Assembly (NCBI GenBank): GCA_039922995.1
Contig: JBDTDT010000045.1
Span: 16,657 to 80,656, forward strand
DNA length: 64,000 bases
Direction of reading: 5' to 3'
Source of the DNA: Nitrosospira sp.
GTDB lineage: Bacteria; Pseudomonadota; Gammaproteobacteria; Burkholderiales; Nitrosomonadaceae
Below the pieces are notes generated by a model. That model was not told where the DNA came from, did not search any database, and worked only from the letters and a program-made list of their open reading frames with translations. The position numbers and the translations under genes were made by a program. Below, piece by piece: positions 53,201 to 62,533 of the stretch. Position 1 is the first letter of the stretch. Each line of letters opens with the position of its first letter.

Positions 53201-53281
53201 CCCGAGCAGGCTTCCATGAAAAGGGCGGTAAAGGACAAGCCCCCGAAAGAGCAAGAAAAGACGTCCGGGAGGTCGAGCTAG
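50201..53281 (+). CDS. Large bifunctional transglycosylase/transpeptidase (atypical class A PBP)
   Basis: N-terminal TM; LLFIENRE, GGSTLATQ; GSTAK (SxxK), SVN, GGKTGTG. Confidence 0.87.
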   Translation: MRRVLKFFILAVLTLFLVALTIVVFLLYRETETSAYQARELAQLASQLNWEVKSGPSGDPYFPQAGPYDVRMGYSRLPELLHNLVMHGFHVQSQARASARMKEVVAEGLFVPYHEKSQAGLEITGDGGQPLYRATFPTRIYENFQSVPSLVTDSLLFIENRELLDSTHPKKNPAIEWDRLGRAVLDKIIQFFRAEHDVVGGSTLATQIEKYRHSPNGMTITPRDKLQQVASASVRAYLEGEETLPARKRLVVDYLNTVPLSAAAGFGEANGLGDGLWAWYGLDFDETNHILNSRFVEGDALVEAARLYKHVLSLMIAQRRPSYYLLAGREALEELTDSHLRILVQAGVIPPGLGYAALKIPLHFRGTAAPEEIRNFAAQKAVNAVRMRLASLLGLQRMYDLDRLDLSVQSTLNGELQQKTADMLRRLKDPEYANAAGLYGPRLLGTEDPGRIIYSFTLSELTPEGAKFRIQADNFDQPLDINKGTKLDLGSTAKLRTLVTYLEIVEALHERYAALGPKVLRKQEVDSSDMLSRWAIGYLLQSKDKSLAAMLNAALERKYSANPDEHFFTGGGAHVFHNFKREDDRRILSVREATLNSVNLVYIRMMRDIVRYYMFQVGGSSAKILKDAGNPDREEYLRRFADKEGRQFVNRFYLKYKGKTTTTGEISEAFFASFRHTPRRLAAAYRYIYPESTFAEFEKFMRPHQSRSKGRASPSLGDLYDSYAPDKYSLADRGYIVTVHPLELWLVRYLIAHPDVQYKDVIEASGDERVAVYQWLFKTIHKNSQDSRIRGLLELEAFLEIHRSWKRLGYPFDSLVPSLATAIGSSADHPAALAELMGIILNSGVRVPTMLVERLRFAANTPFETIVDRTPAKGEKIFSPELAAAVRGVLTDVVGTGTGSRLARAIVEEDGTEILIGGKTGTGDHRYVTFSSPGVVKDSRVVNRSATFVFFIGDRFFGTMTAFVPGADAANYTFTSALSTQVMKHLLPILKPLIDEAQPLPEQASMKRAVKDKPPKEQEKTSGRSS

Positions 53282-53322
53282 CGGGTGCGGGGGCTGCTCC
53301 GTCCAACTGCCGGATTCAGGTT
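53270..53322. repeat. Partial copy (one end) of repeat family C
   Basis: CAACTGCCGGATTCAGG identical to 39169-39185; left boundary uncertain. Confidence 0.5.
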
Positions 53323-53341
53323 GAATCCAATTTGCAACGGC

Positions 53342-53470
53342 TCATTCGTCATTATTGTCAGTACTAATCCACCGCAAGAATACGATGATCGCCAGAATAA
53401 ATCCCAGACCCAGAATAGCCTTTACAAATTCCTTGACGAACCAGAACAGCATAGATTCATATAAATCCAC
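53342..53470 (-). CDS. Small single-TM membrane protein (42 aa), absent from the ORF track
   Basis: AAGGAAG RBS, GTG start, MDLYESMLFWFVKEFVKAILGLGFILAIIVFLRWISTDNNDE*; co-oriented after DUF2905. Confidence 0.55.
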   Translation of the reverse strand: MDLYESMLFWFVKEFVKAILGLGFILAIIVFLRWISTDNNDE

Positions 53471-53525
53471 ATTCTTCCTTTTTAAAACGTTCGCATTCAT
53501 TTCCGGTTCTGGTTCTGTTGGCGGG

Positions 53526-53729
53526 TCATTTTCTTGACCACCACCACAACAGCAGAGATAGGAATAACGATACCAGCAGACCCGTTGTGATCGGGAAGTA
53601 AAAACTGAAATTTTCCCGTTCGATGGTAATGTCCCCCGGTAGTCGTCCGAAGGGTAATTTCAACAGCCAGGGCCAGGCGAGACCCGCCAGCAACAGAACT
53701 AAACCGAGGAGGATGAGCAGGCGCTGCAT
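53526..53729 (-). CDS. DUF2905 family small membrane protein
   Basis: GRLPGDI..ERENFSFYFPITT. Confidence 0.9.
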   Translation of the reverse strand: MQRLLILLGLVLLLAGLAWPWLLKLPFGRLPGDITIERENFSFYFPITTGLLVSLFLSLLLWWWSRK

Positions 53730-54103
53730 GAGAATTTCCAGGCTCAGAACCGAAAGAAACGTGGGAAGAAATCTGTAAGGTTAGTGTAAGCTTTTTTCCT
53801 GGAATAGATCAATCCGCTCTTCCGAAACCCGTGCCCCCGCACGTTGAATTCAACGAAATTGATCAGGCAGTTCCCGTAAATCAACCAATGGAATCTTTAC
53901 GCAAAAACATCAACCGCGATTTGGGAATGCACCGCAACTATGTTTGCCAGCGTACGGAATGTACCGGGAGGTGAAATTAATATGATCGTGCATGAATAAC
54001 CCGGGTTATGGATTTGCATTATGGGTTGTTGCAGCCGGGTCGTCTGGGAATGAGGCCTGTATATATGCCAGCCTTTTAACGATTTTTCTCTCGGGAGCAC
54101 AGC

Positions 54104-54637
54104 ATGAATATTTTCATAAAGGATGCCCGCACGCTATGGGTGGCTGCCGCTATAGTGCTGGGGACCGGCACCACGATAGGCGGCGTGCACGCACAGCAAT
54201 CAACCGATAAGGCAGAGGAAGCCGGCAAGGCAATATCCGCGGATAACCGTAGGCCATCGTCGCTATCAGGAAAAAAAGAGGGAGAGATGATCGCCGAGGT
54301 GCCGGTGGTAGTGATGGTTCCCATGGAGGTTTCGAATGATCTGGCAATGAAAAAAGGTTGCTGGGCAAAGTTGTATGACAAGAGAAACTATCAGGGCGAC
54401 AGCCTCTTACTGGTGGGGCCGATCAATCTGCGCCGGATGATAGGTCCTTTTGGCGTCAACTGGGAGAACAAGGTTCGCAGCATCGAAACCGGACCCAAGA
54501 CCAATCTTACTATCTTCGATAACCGTGATTTCAGGGACGAGGATAAATTTATTGATGCAAACGTAAAAATTTCGGATCTATCCAGGAAAATGGGATTTTT
54601 CGATAATTTCCGGTCATTGATGCTCAGCTGTATATAG
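54104..54637 (+). CDS. Secreted beta/gamma-crystallin domain protein (nitrollin-like)
   Basis: Signal peptide; GCWAKLYDKRNYQGD, WENKVRS, TIFDN..FRDEDKF, MGFFDNFRS; resembles Nitrosospira nitrollin as I recall it. Confidence 0.85.
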   Translation: MNIFIKDARTLWVAAAIVLGTGTTIGGVHAQQSTDKAEEAGKAISADNRRPSSLSGKKEGEMIAEVPVVVMVPMEVSNDLAMKKGCWAKLYDKRNYQGDSLLLVGPINLRRMIGPFGVNWENKVRSIETGPKTNLTIFDNRDFRDEDKFIDANVKISDLSRKMGFFDNFRSLMLSCI

Positions 54638-54792
54638 GCTGGTGCAAACTAGGGCCAAAAGAAGAGTCTATTTGCGAGATGGTACAAATACCGGCATACT
54701 CGAAATAACCGAAAAATCTTTGGCTCGGCAACGTGATTGCAGGACGTGGTTTTTGTTAAATCGAGAATCCCTGCCGGCCAATGCACACACGC

Positions 54793-55458
54793 TCAGGGCC
54801 GGCATGAGTCGAGAACGACACGTTTGAGAATATGCAGCCGGCCATGAAAAAAATGTTCGGCGCCAGGAATCACAACCACCGGCAATTCCTGCGGAGCCGC
54901 CCAGGCCAGGACTGTCTTGAGAGGCACCACGTCGTCCTGATCACCATGAATGATGAGGATGTCTGGGCTGGATGCAAGGCCGTTCCGGATGTCGGGATTG
55001 GCGATGGGAGGCACGTTCAGCCGTTCAACCGCGGGCGCAATCATGACCAGTTTTTGTGGCTTGAGCTGTTGCGCGGCAAATGCCTGAATTGCTCCACCGA
55101 AAGAGAATCCTGCCAGTAACAGTGGCAGCGGTGTGTCTGGGGAACTGAATTGGTTTCTGATCGTTTGAGCCACCGCAAGCACATCTTCGGTTTCGCCTGC
55201 CCCTCCGTTTGCGTAACGATTCCCTTCGCTTTGCCCTACCCCACGAAAATTGAATTTAACCGTGATGAATCCCAGCTCAAGCAAAGTTTTAAAGAGCGTA
55301 TAGACCACCTTATTATCCATGGTGCCGCCATATAGCGGATGGGGATGTGCAATAATCGCAATACCGCGCGGACGATCGATATCCGGTTCTGACATCACCG
55401 TTTCCAGCTTTCCTGCCGGACCATTAATGAAAATCTTTCTGGGAATGCTTGAATTCAA
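54793..55458 (-). CDS. Alpha/beta hydrolase
   Basis: HPHPLYGGTMDNKVV, FNFRGVG, GFSFGG, GDQD, HFFHG. Confidence 0.92.
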   Translation of the reverse strand: MNSSIPRKIFINGPAGKLETVMSEPDIDRPRGIAIIAHPHPLYGGTMDNKVVYTLFKTLLELGFITVKFNFRGVGQSEGNRYANGGAGETEDVLAVAQTIRNQFSSPDTPLPLLLAGFSFGGAIQAFAAQQLKPQKLVMIAPAVERLNVPPIANPDIRNGLASSPDILIIHGDQDDVVPLKTVLAWAAPQELPVVVIPGAEHFFHGRLHILKRVVLDSCRP

Positions 55459-55518
55459 CGATGTCCCGTCCTGAATTTTATTAGCGTATTCTAATGGTGT
55501 ATTGATTCGTCGTCCGCT

Positions 55519-55830
55519 TCAAATTCTTAATCGCTCGACGACGCGTCCGTTTCTCAGATGTTCCTCGATGATTTCGTCAATATCTTCTTTGTCCACATAC
55601 GTGTACCAGATATCTTCCGGATAAACCACGATGACCGGGCCTTCATTGCAACGGTCGAGGCAACCCGCATTATTGATTCGCACCCGCTTGCTCTTGCTGT
55701 CGAGCTTCAGCGCCTTGACACGCTCCTTGGCGTAATCCCGCATCGCCTGAGCCCCATGATTATTACAACACGCGGCTCCTGCCTCGCGCTGGTTTACGCA
55801 GAAAAATACATGCCGTTGGTAGTAGCTCAT
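55519..55830 (-). CDS. Thioredoxin-like [2Fe-2S] ferredoxin
   Basis: HVFFCVNQR..CC, AGCLDRC.EGPV.VVYPE..WY. Confidence 0.93.
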   Translation of the reverse strand: MSYYQRHVFFCVNQREAGAACCNNHGAQAMRDYAKERVKALKLDSKSKRVRINNAGCLDRCNEGPVIVVYPEDIWYTYVDKEDIDEIIEEHLRNGRVVERLRI

Positions 55831-56027
55831 CAGAGAATATTCCAGGGAATGAATTGGTGAAGATTATACCGGAACGGATGATTATTTCCGTGGCGAATAG
55901 GCAATCCGGGACTTCGTCGCCGGCCGCGCGCGTAACTAACCTCATCGTCCGGGATACAGGAAATGGTTTGATGGCTCATAATCCTCACACTGCGGTACGC
56001 TCCCCGCTTGCATTGGCTTGCACCGCG

Positions 56028-57152
56028 CTATCTCAATTTTATTTCGGTCCACAGGCGGCTTAGCAGCCGCCGCTGCTTGCGATCCAGGTCCCGCAGCATT
56101 TCCAACCTTGAGAGCGATTCGGCATCCGGGAATATCGCCTTGTTTTCGGCGATCTCCGGCTGTATGTACTGCATCGCATCCAGGTTGGGGTTGCCGGAGC
56201 CGATGAGGTCGGTGAGTTCGGCGGAGTTTTTTCCATCCAGCATGAAATTAATGAATTGATGGGCAAGGTCGGGCCGATTTCCGCTTTTATGCAGAACCAT
56301 GCTGTCCAAGGATAGCACTGTCCCTTCTTTCGGCATTGAATATCCGATCGTGAATTTGCGGCCGGTATTTTTGGCGTCCAGTGCTGCCTGAAACATGTCG
56401 TTGGAATAACCGTGCGCCACCCAGAGATTGCCAACCGCCAGTTCCTTGATATAGCTGGTATTGCTGAAAGCCGCCCAATAAGGCTTGGCGCGCACGATCA
56501 GATCCGTGGCCTGCTTCCAGTGCTCCTCGTCGGCATCGTTAACCGAATAGCCAAGGTATTTGAGTGCCGCGGCCATCAATTCGCGCTGGCTATCGAGCAC
56601 GGTCACGCGCCCTTTGATTTTTTTCAGATACTTCGGCTCAAAAATAATCGCCCAAGTATCGGTAGGCAGATCGAGCTCTTTTATTTTTTCCTGATTGAAG
56701 CCGAGCAGGGTCAGCGTATAGGCATAGGGAACGGAATATCTATTGCCAGGATCGAACGGGGTATCGAGATACGCGGGGTTGATATTTCCGAGATCGGGCA
56801 GCAGCGACTTATCCAGCGGCATCAGGGCGCCCTGGCAGATAAGCGTATCGACTGCATTGCCGGTGGGAACGATAAGATCATAGCCGGTCGCGCCAGCCGC
56901 CAGCTTCGCCAGCATTTCCTCGTTGTCGGAATAATAATCCTGCGAGAGCCTGCAATTGCAGAATTTCTCGAAGCGTGCAACCGTTTCCGGCGCGATGTAA
57001 TTATTCCAGTTGAATAGATGCAAAACATTTCCGCCGGCGGGAGAACCCACGTTTTCATCCTGCCGTGCGCAACCCGCAGTGAGCGATGCGAACCACGCAA
57101 GCAGGAATATGAACGGTAACAACGGCATTGGCGACGGATGCAGTATTTTCAC
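56028..57152 (-). CDS. potD: Spermidine/putrescine ABC transporter substrate-binding lipoprotein
   Basis: Lipobox TAGC, FNWNNYI, NEEMLAKL, GYDLIVP, PKEG. Confidence 0.88.
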   Translation of the reverse strand: MKILHPSPMPLLPFIFLLAWFASLTAGCARQDENVGSPAGGNVLHLFNWNNYIAPETVARFEKFCNCRLSQDYYSDNEEMLAKLAAGATGYDLIVPTGNAVDTLICQGALMPLDKSLLPDLGNINPAYLDTPFDPGNRYSVPYAYTLTLLGFNQEKIKELDLPTDTWAIIFEPKYLKKIKGRVTVLDSQRELMAAALKYLGYSVNDADEEHWKQATDLIVRAKPYWAAFSNTSYIKELAVGNLWVAHGYSNDMFQAALDAKNTGRKFTIGYSMPKEGTVLSLDSMVLHKSGNRPDLAHQFINFMLDGKNSAELTDLIGSGNPNLDAMQYIQPEIAENKAIFPDAESLSRLEMLRDLDRKQRRLLSRLWTEIKLR

Positions 57153-57955
57153 TGGCCTGCTTCACTGCGTGAGATTGCGCCGGTGCCTGCTGCGGCACGC
57201 GCTTCAATCCTGGCGGCGATGATGATCATGATCAGCGTGAGCAGCATCAGTAATGTGGAGATGGCGTTCACCTCCGGCGTTACCGCGACCTTTATCATGG
57301 TGTAGATCTGGATGGGCAGAATCGGTTCTCCCACGCCTTTGGTAAAGAAAGTGATCACGAAGTCATCAATGGATAAAGTAAACGACATCAATGCGCCCGC
57401 GACTACAGCCGGCATGATAAGCGGCAACGTAACGAGGCGGAAAGTCTGCCATGGTGATGCGCCCAGATCGCGTGCCGCTTCAAAGATGCTTTCATCCATG
57501 CCCTGAAGCCGTGCCCGCACGATGATGGCGACGAATCCAATGCAGAATGTGGTGTGCGCGATAATGATGGAGATCATGCCAAGGGTTAAATTCAGCACTT
57601 GTAGAAAGAACAGCAACAACGATACGCCCAGCAGAATTTCGGGCATTGCCACCGGCGTAAATACCAATACCGGTAATACCTTCAGTTTGTACCGATGTAT
57701 CGCCAGACCTGCCATGGTACCGAGTACCGTCGCACTGAAACTCGCGCTGAGCGCGATAACGAGCGAATTGCGCGCGGCAGTGAGCATCTCCGTGTTGTTG
57801 AACAGCGCCTTGTACCAGGACAAAGTAAAACCTGCCCATTCGGCGTTCAGCCTGGAATCGTTGAACGAATATATCACCACGATTGCGAGCGGAATGTATA
57901 GAAAGGCGTAAACCAGCGCCGCCGCGGGCCACAACCAGTGAGTGCCACGGCTCAT
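57149..57955 (-). CDS. potC: Spermidine/putrescine ABC permease
   Basis: FLYIPL..YSFN, EAARDLGA, SFTLSIDDF, PEVNA. Confidence 0.9.
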   Translation of the reverse strand: MSRGTHWLWPAAALVYAFLYIPLAIVVIYSFNDSRLNAEWAGFTLSWYKALFNNTEMLTAARNSLVIALSASFSATVLGTMAGLAIHRYKLKVLPVLVFTPVAMPEILLGVSLLLFFLQVLNLTLGMISIIIAHTTFCIGFVAIIVRARLQGMDESIFEAARDLGASPWQTFRLVTLPLIMPAVVAGALMSFTLSIDDFVITFFTKGVGEPILPIQIYTMIKVAVTPEVNAISTLLMLLTLIMIIIAARIEARAAAGTGAISRSEAGQ

Positions 57956-57958
57956 GCT

Positions 57959-58882
57959 TTATGTACGCTGCCCGATGGCAGAGCGTGCGAACCAAGTGGC
58001 CAGTCCCGCGACGGACAGCACCGCCAGCGTCAGCATGATCGACAGTGCCGAGCCAAAAGGCCAGTCGCGCATGCCCAGGAATTGGTCCTTGATCAGGTTG
58101 CCGATAAGAATATCGCCCGTGCCGCCGAGTATATCGGGCACCGCGAACATGCCGAGTACCGGGATGAACACCAGCGCGGAACCGGAAAACACTCCCGGCA
58201 ACGATAGCGGCCAAGTGACGCGCCAGAAGCGCTGCCAGGCGGTGGCGCCCAAATCCTGCGCTGCATCCAGAAGTGATGGATCATGTTTTTCCAGATTAGT
58301 ATAAAGAGGCAGCACCATGAATGGTAGGTGCACATACACCATGCCGACTAGTACCGCGAATGGCGAGAATAACAGCGTCACCGGGGCGATACCGAATGCG
58401 TCCAGAATAGCATTGACAAAATGGCTGAGGGCCGATTCCGGACCAAGAATAATCATCCAGGCATAAATGCGGATGAGGAAATTGCTGGCGAACGGCAGCA
58501 CCACCAGCAGCACCAGGAGATTGCGGAAACGTTTCTCGCTGCGTGCAATCAGCAATGCCAGGGGATAAGCCATGATGAGACAGATGAGCGTGGTGGCCGA
58601 CGCCACACCAAAAGACTTGAGGAAAATTTCAGCGTAAATGATGTCGCTGAAAAAGAATTGATACGCTTCCGCTGTTAGGCCGTACTCGCCATGCGCTGCT
58701 TCCCCAGGCGTGGCAATGGGCGCGAGACCCCCAAACTCGCCGGGGAAGCGAAATGAAGTGAGGATCATAATCAGGCTGGGGGCGGCGAAGAAAACGACCA
58801 GGAATAGCAGAGGTGGTCCGCTCACCAGGAATCGGGCGATGCGATTTTCGTCGGCGTTTCGCTGGAGGGCCGTTTTAATCAT
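57959..58882 (-). CDS. potB: Spermidine/putrescine ABC permease
   Basis: LIRIYAW, LPFMVLPLY, DAAQDLGA, DWPFGSA; ATG 58882 overlaps the potA end. Confidence 0.9.
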   Translation of the reverse strand: MIKTALQRNADENRIARFLVSGPPLLFLVVFFAAPSLIMILTSFRFPGEFGGLAPIATPGEAAHGEYGLTAEAYQFFFSDIIYAEIFLKSFGVASATTLICLIMAYPLALLIARSEKRFRNLLVLLVVLPFASNFLIRIYAWMIILGPESALSHFVNAILDAFGIAPVTLLFSPFAVLVGMVYVHLPFMVLPLYTNLEKHDPSLLDAAQDLGATAWQRFWRVTWPLSLPGVFSGSALVFIPVLGMFAVPDILGGTGDILIGNLIKDQFLGMRDWPFGSALSIMLTLAVLSVAGLATWFARSAIGQRT

Positions 58883-59960
58883 CAAGGAAAATGCCTGCAT
58901 CATGCCGCCAGGAGACTCTCACCGGATCCCCCACTTCGAAAAATTTGGCTCGTCCCGGTGCGGAGTTGGGCAGCAGCGCCTCGATGTGGGCGCCGTTGGA
59001 GAGTTCCACAATATAGGTGGTGACATCGCCCACGTAGAGAAAATCGTGCACTTTACCCAGAAAATGGTTTTTTAATTCCAATTCATCCGAGGGGTGGGAA
59101 ATCCGTACCTGTTCGGGGCGAATTGCAATGATCCCTTTATCCCCCACTTTGGTGCCTTCCTTGCCCACTGTTGTGACTTCCCCCAGTTCCGCGATATCGA
59201 GTTTCAAATGCGAAGGAGCGGTTTCCAGCACGCTCGCGTTTATCATACTGATCTTGCCGATGAAATCGGCAACAAAACGGTTGCTGGGAAAACTGTAGAT
59301 TTTCGAAGGCTCGTCAATTTGTTCAACATTGCCCTGATTCATCACCGCGATGCGATGCGACAGTGCCAGCGCTTCATTCTGAGCGTGGGTCACGAATACG
59401 AACGTAACGCCGACCTCTCTCTGCAGATTGATGAGTTCGATCTGCATCTCCTCGCGCAGCTTCGCATCCAGCGCTCCCAGCGGTTCATCCAGCAGCAGCA
59501 GCCGAGGGCGGTTGACCAGTCCTCGGGCGAATGCCACGCGTTGTTTCTGCCCGCCTGATAACTCGTGCGGAAAACGGTTGCCGAAATTCGACAAGCGTAC
59601 GCTATCCAATGCTTCCGCGACGCTTGATTTTATTTCCGGGAGGGGCTTGCCAGCCATCTTGAGCGGAAAAGCAATATTGCCCGCTACCGTCATATGCGGA
59701 AATAACGCATAGGTCTGGAATACGGTATGGACGGGCCGTTTTTCCGGCGGAGTTCCGACCATATCCTTGCCGTCAAGCAGGATTTGGCCCGAATCCGGCA
59801 AGTCGAATCCCGCTATCATCCGTAAGAGCGTAGTTTTGCCGCAACCGGAAGGTCCGAGCAGCGTGAAGAATTCACCCGTCTCAATGCTAATACTCCCATT
59901 GTCGACTGCGGTGTAGGTGCTAAAGCGCCGTGTTACGTTACGGATCTCCAGTAACGCCAT
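58875..59960 (-). CDS. potA: Spermidine/putrescine ABC ATP-binding protein
   Basis: GPSGCGKTT, VFQTYALFPH, LSGGQ, LLDEPL, C-terminal TOBE-like region. Confidence 0.91.
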   Translation of the reverse strand: MALLEIRNVTRRFSTYTAVDNGSISIETGEFFTLLGPSGCGKTTLLRMIAGFDLPDSGQILLDGKDMVGTPPEKRPVHTVFQTYALFPHMTVAGNIAFPLKMAGKPLPEIKSSVAEALDSVRLSNFGNRFPHELSGGQKQRVAFARGLVNRPRLLLLDEPLGALDAKLREEMQIELINLQREVGVTFVFVTHAQNEALALSHRIAVMNQGNVEQIDEPSKIYSFPSNRFVADFIGKISMINASVLETAPSHLKLDIAELGEVTTVGKEGTKVGDKGIIAIRPEQVRISHPSDELELKNHFLGKVHDFLYVGDVTTYIVELSNGAHIEALLPNSAPGRAKFFEVGDPVRVSWRHDAGIFLDD

Positions 59961-60154
59961 TGTCGTGTAGATTAAAAATCAGGGATTCTACCAAAATTCA
60001 TGCGTAGACTAGCTTTCATCCGGATGCGCAGATGCTGGAAGATCGTTATCGTGAGGTATTGCAGGTCAGGCCGTTTATTGATCGGAAGCTGAAGCAATAT
60101 AAGCCGGGCGGAGCAGCAAATGTAGAAGGATGGGCAGGGCCGGACAGGAGTTCT

Positions 60155-61666
60155 CTACCAAACCTGCCACAGCAGCAGCGCCGCAAGCATCAGCACAAGA
60201 ACAGTCAACAAGCGGCTCTGGCGTCTTTCTTCCAGCACTAATGCGGTCAGTTTGTCTTCCAGTATCTGGGCGCGATTGTCACTCAAGGCATGGTGCACGA
60301 GACGTGGAAATTGAGGCAGTATCACTGCCCAGCTCGATGCCTCCTTGCTCAGGCGGCGGGTAAGTCCGCGCCAGCCGAGCTGCTCGGACATCCAGTTTTC
60401 CAGGAATGGTTTTGCGGTTGTCCACAGATCAAGATCGGGGTCAAGGTCGCGCCCCAATCCTTCGATATTCAGCAAGGTCTTTTGCAGCATTACCAGTTGC
60501 GGCTGAATTTCAACATTGAACTGGCGCGATGTCTGAAAGAGCCGCAACAGGACCCGGCTAAAGGAAATCTCCTTCAGCGGTTTGTCAAAAATAGGTTCGC
60601 AGACGGCACGGATCGCGGTTTCGAAATCATCAACCCGAGTATCTTTTGGCGCCCATCCCGCCTCAACATGTGCCTCCGCGACACGCTTGTAATCACGGCG
60701 AAAAAACGCAAGGAAATTTTGCGCCAGATAATTCTTGTCTTCGTCGGTGAGCGTTCCCATTATGCCGAAATCCACAGCAATGTAACGGCTGTCGCTCCCC
60801 ACGAAAATATTGCCGGGATGCATATCAGCATGGAAATACCCGTCGCGGAATACCTGGGTAAAAAAGATTTCCACCCCAACGCGGGCAAGCCTCGGGATAT
60901 CGACTCCCTGCTCGCGTAGTGCCGCCACATGGCTGATGGGTATGCCTTTTACGCGCTGCATTACCATAACCCCGGAATAGCAGTAGTCCCAGTAGACTTC
61001 CGGCACCAGGAGCAAAGGGGAATCGAGGAAGTTGCGCCGCAACTGACTGCAGTTAGATGCCTCGCGCATGAGGTCAAGTTCGTCGCCCAGATGACGGGCG
61101 AATTCGGTCACGACCTCGCGCGGCTTCAACCGCTTGCCGTCGGGCCACAGCATTTCAACCAGCCAGGCGCCGGTTTCCATCAGGGCTATATCATGGGCGA
61201 TTATCGGGGCGATACCGGGCCGCAATACTTTAACGGCAACTTCCGTGCCGTCGTGCAGGACGGCCAGATGCACTTGGGCGATCGATGCGCTGGCGACCGG
61301 CTCGGCGTCGAATAGCAGAAATACTTCGTTGACAGGCTTCCCGTATATCTGTTCCAGTGTCGCCAGCGCGACGCTGGAAGGAAACGGTGGAACCTGATCC
61401 TGCAGTTTGGCCAGTTCGTCGGCAATGTCTTGAGGCAGGAGGTCGCGTCGAGTGGAAAGCATTTGGCCGAACTTGACGAAAATGGGCCCCAGCGCTTCCA
61501 GCGCAAGACGAAGGCGCTCGGCGCGTGCCCGTTCCAGCCGCCGCCAGAATGTGGCCGCCTTGACGACGGGCCGCAATAGACGCAGCCGTTCATGGCCGAG
61601 AAAAAACTCATCAAGGCCGAAACGGAATGCTACAGCGAGTATTTTGAGAAGACGAAAGAAACGCAT
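60155..61666 (-). CDS. ubiB: Ubiquinone biosynthesis kinase-like protein UbiB
   Basis: [39 protein letters not shown]. Confidence 0.96.
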   Translation of the reverse strand: MRFFRLLKILAVAFRFGLDEFFLGHERLRLLRPVVKAATFWRRLERARAERLRLALEALGPIFVKFGQMLSTRRDLLPQDIADELAKLQDQVPPFPSSVALATLEQIYGKPVNEVFLLFDAEPVASASIAQVHLAVLHDGTEVAVKVLRPGIAPIIAHDIALMETGAWLVEMLWPDGKRLKPREVVTEFARHLGDELDLMREASNCSQLRRNFLDSPLLLVPEVYWDYCYSGVMVMQRVKGIPISHVAALREQGVDIPRLARVGVEIFFTQVFRDGYFHADMHPGNIFVGSDSRYIAVDFGIMGTLTDEDKNYLAQNFLAFFRRDYKRVAEAHVEAGWAPKDTRVDDFETAIRAVCEPIFDKPLKEISFSRVLLRLFQTSRQFNVEIQPQLVMLQKTLLNIEGLGRDLDPDLDLWTTAKPFLENWMSEQLGWRGLTRRLSKEASSWAVILPQFPRLVHHALSDNRAQILEDKLTALVLEERRQSRLLTVLVLMLAALLLWQVW

Positions 61667-61797
61667 TTATTCTAAAACCGGCAATTCGTCCGTAGTCAAG
61701 AACCTCTGAATAAGCCCAATTTTGCCAACAATGCACCTGACGCGGGGCTTACTCAAATAATATCTTCTCAGGTTTATAGAAGCAGACGGCTATGTGG

Positions 61798-61957
61798 CAG
61801 CCTATCGGATTCACGGGAAATTGCCTGAAAAGCGTGTGGCCAGTTTATATTTCGCCGCTTTGTCCGTAGATAGGACAACTATTGGCCCTTCAAAATCCTC
61901 AAAATTTATCTCCATCCAGTCACTTTTTCGCTTTGTATCCTGAAGTCGGACAGTCTT
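61798..61957. mobile_element. MITE-like repeat, family A, copy 2 (overlaps the ubiJ 3' end)
   Basis: Colinear with 27001-27177: CAGCCT.TCGGATT, GGAAATTG.CTGAAAA, ATTTCGCCGCTTT, CCTTCAAAATC, TTTTCGCTT. Confidence 0.72.
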
Positions 61958-62522
61958 CAAGTGCATTTAGCCGTTTCTCCAATTGTGCCGTGTCCTCCCA
62001 TAACGCGCTGACTTCCTGGATAAGCTCATGCATGTCGCCGGATTTTGTTAGCAGCGGCTGTTCTTCTGTCAAGTATTCCACTAGCGTCTGAGACAGGTTG
62101 CGAAGCGTTTCGGTGTGCCAGTGCACCAGGCGGTCACCGGCCTGCACCACCCGATGGGCGACGATATCCCCCATTACCCCGCTTAGATCCTGCTCTATGT
62201 CCCAATGCAGGTTTTTTCCGATGTGGAGAATTTCTTCGGCGAAGTCGCTATCGCCAGAAATCTGTATCTCACGGTAGGCGTTCTCATCGTGAGCAATCAG
62301 GCGCGGCAATAAACGCGGTTCAAAAGTAAAGACCGCATCATCCGGAGCGTCGCTTGCCGCAGTGGACACCTCGCCGCTGGTCTGCACGGTCAGGGCGAGG
62401 TTGAAAAAGGGAGGAAGACGAAACCGCGCAGTTTTGCCTGCGCAAGGCTGCAGCCGTCTGCACGCCCAGCTTTCACCACGCAGCAAGTGGTTAAGCGGGG
62501 CTATCGCGACGGATGCCAGCAC
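61920..62522 (-). CDS. ubiJ: Ubiquinone biosynthesis accessory factor UbiJ (SCP2 domain)
   Basis: NHLL..ESWA, WDIEQDLS..GDI.AH, EYLTEE; located between tim44 and ubiB. Confidence 0.88.
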   Translation of the reverse strand: MLASVAIAPLNHLLRGESWACRRLQPCAGKTARFRLPPFFNLALTVQTSGEVSTAASDAPDDAVFTFEPRLLPRLIAHDENAYREIQISGDSDFAEEILHIGKNLHWDIEQDLSGVMGDIVAHRVVQAGDRLVHWHTETLRNLSQTLVEYLTEEQPLLTKSGDMHELIQEVSALWEDTAQLEKRLNALEDCPTSGYKAKK

Positions 62523-62533
62523 GGTACTGGAAT

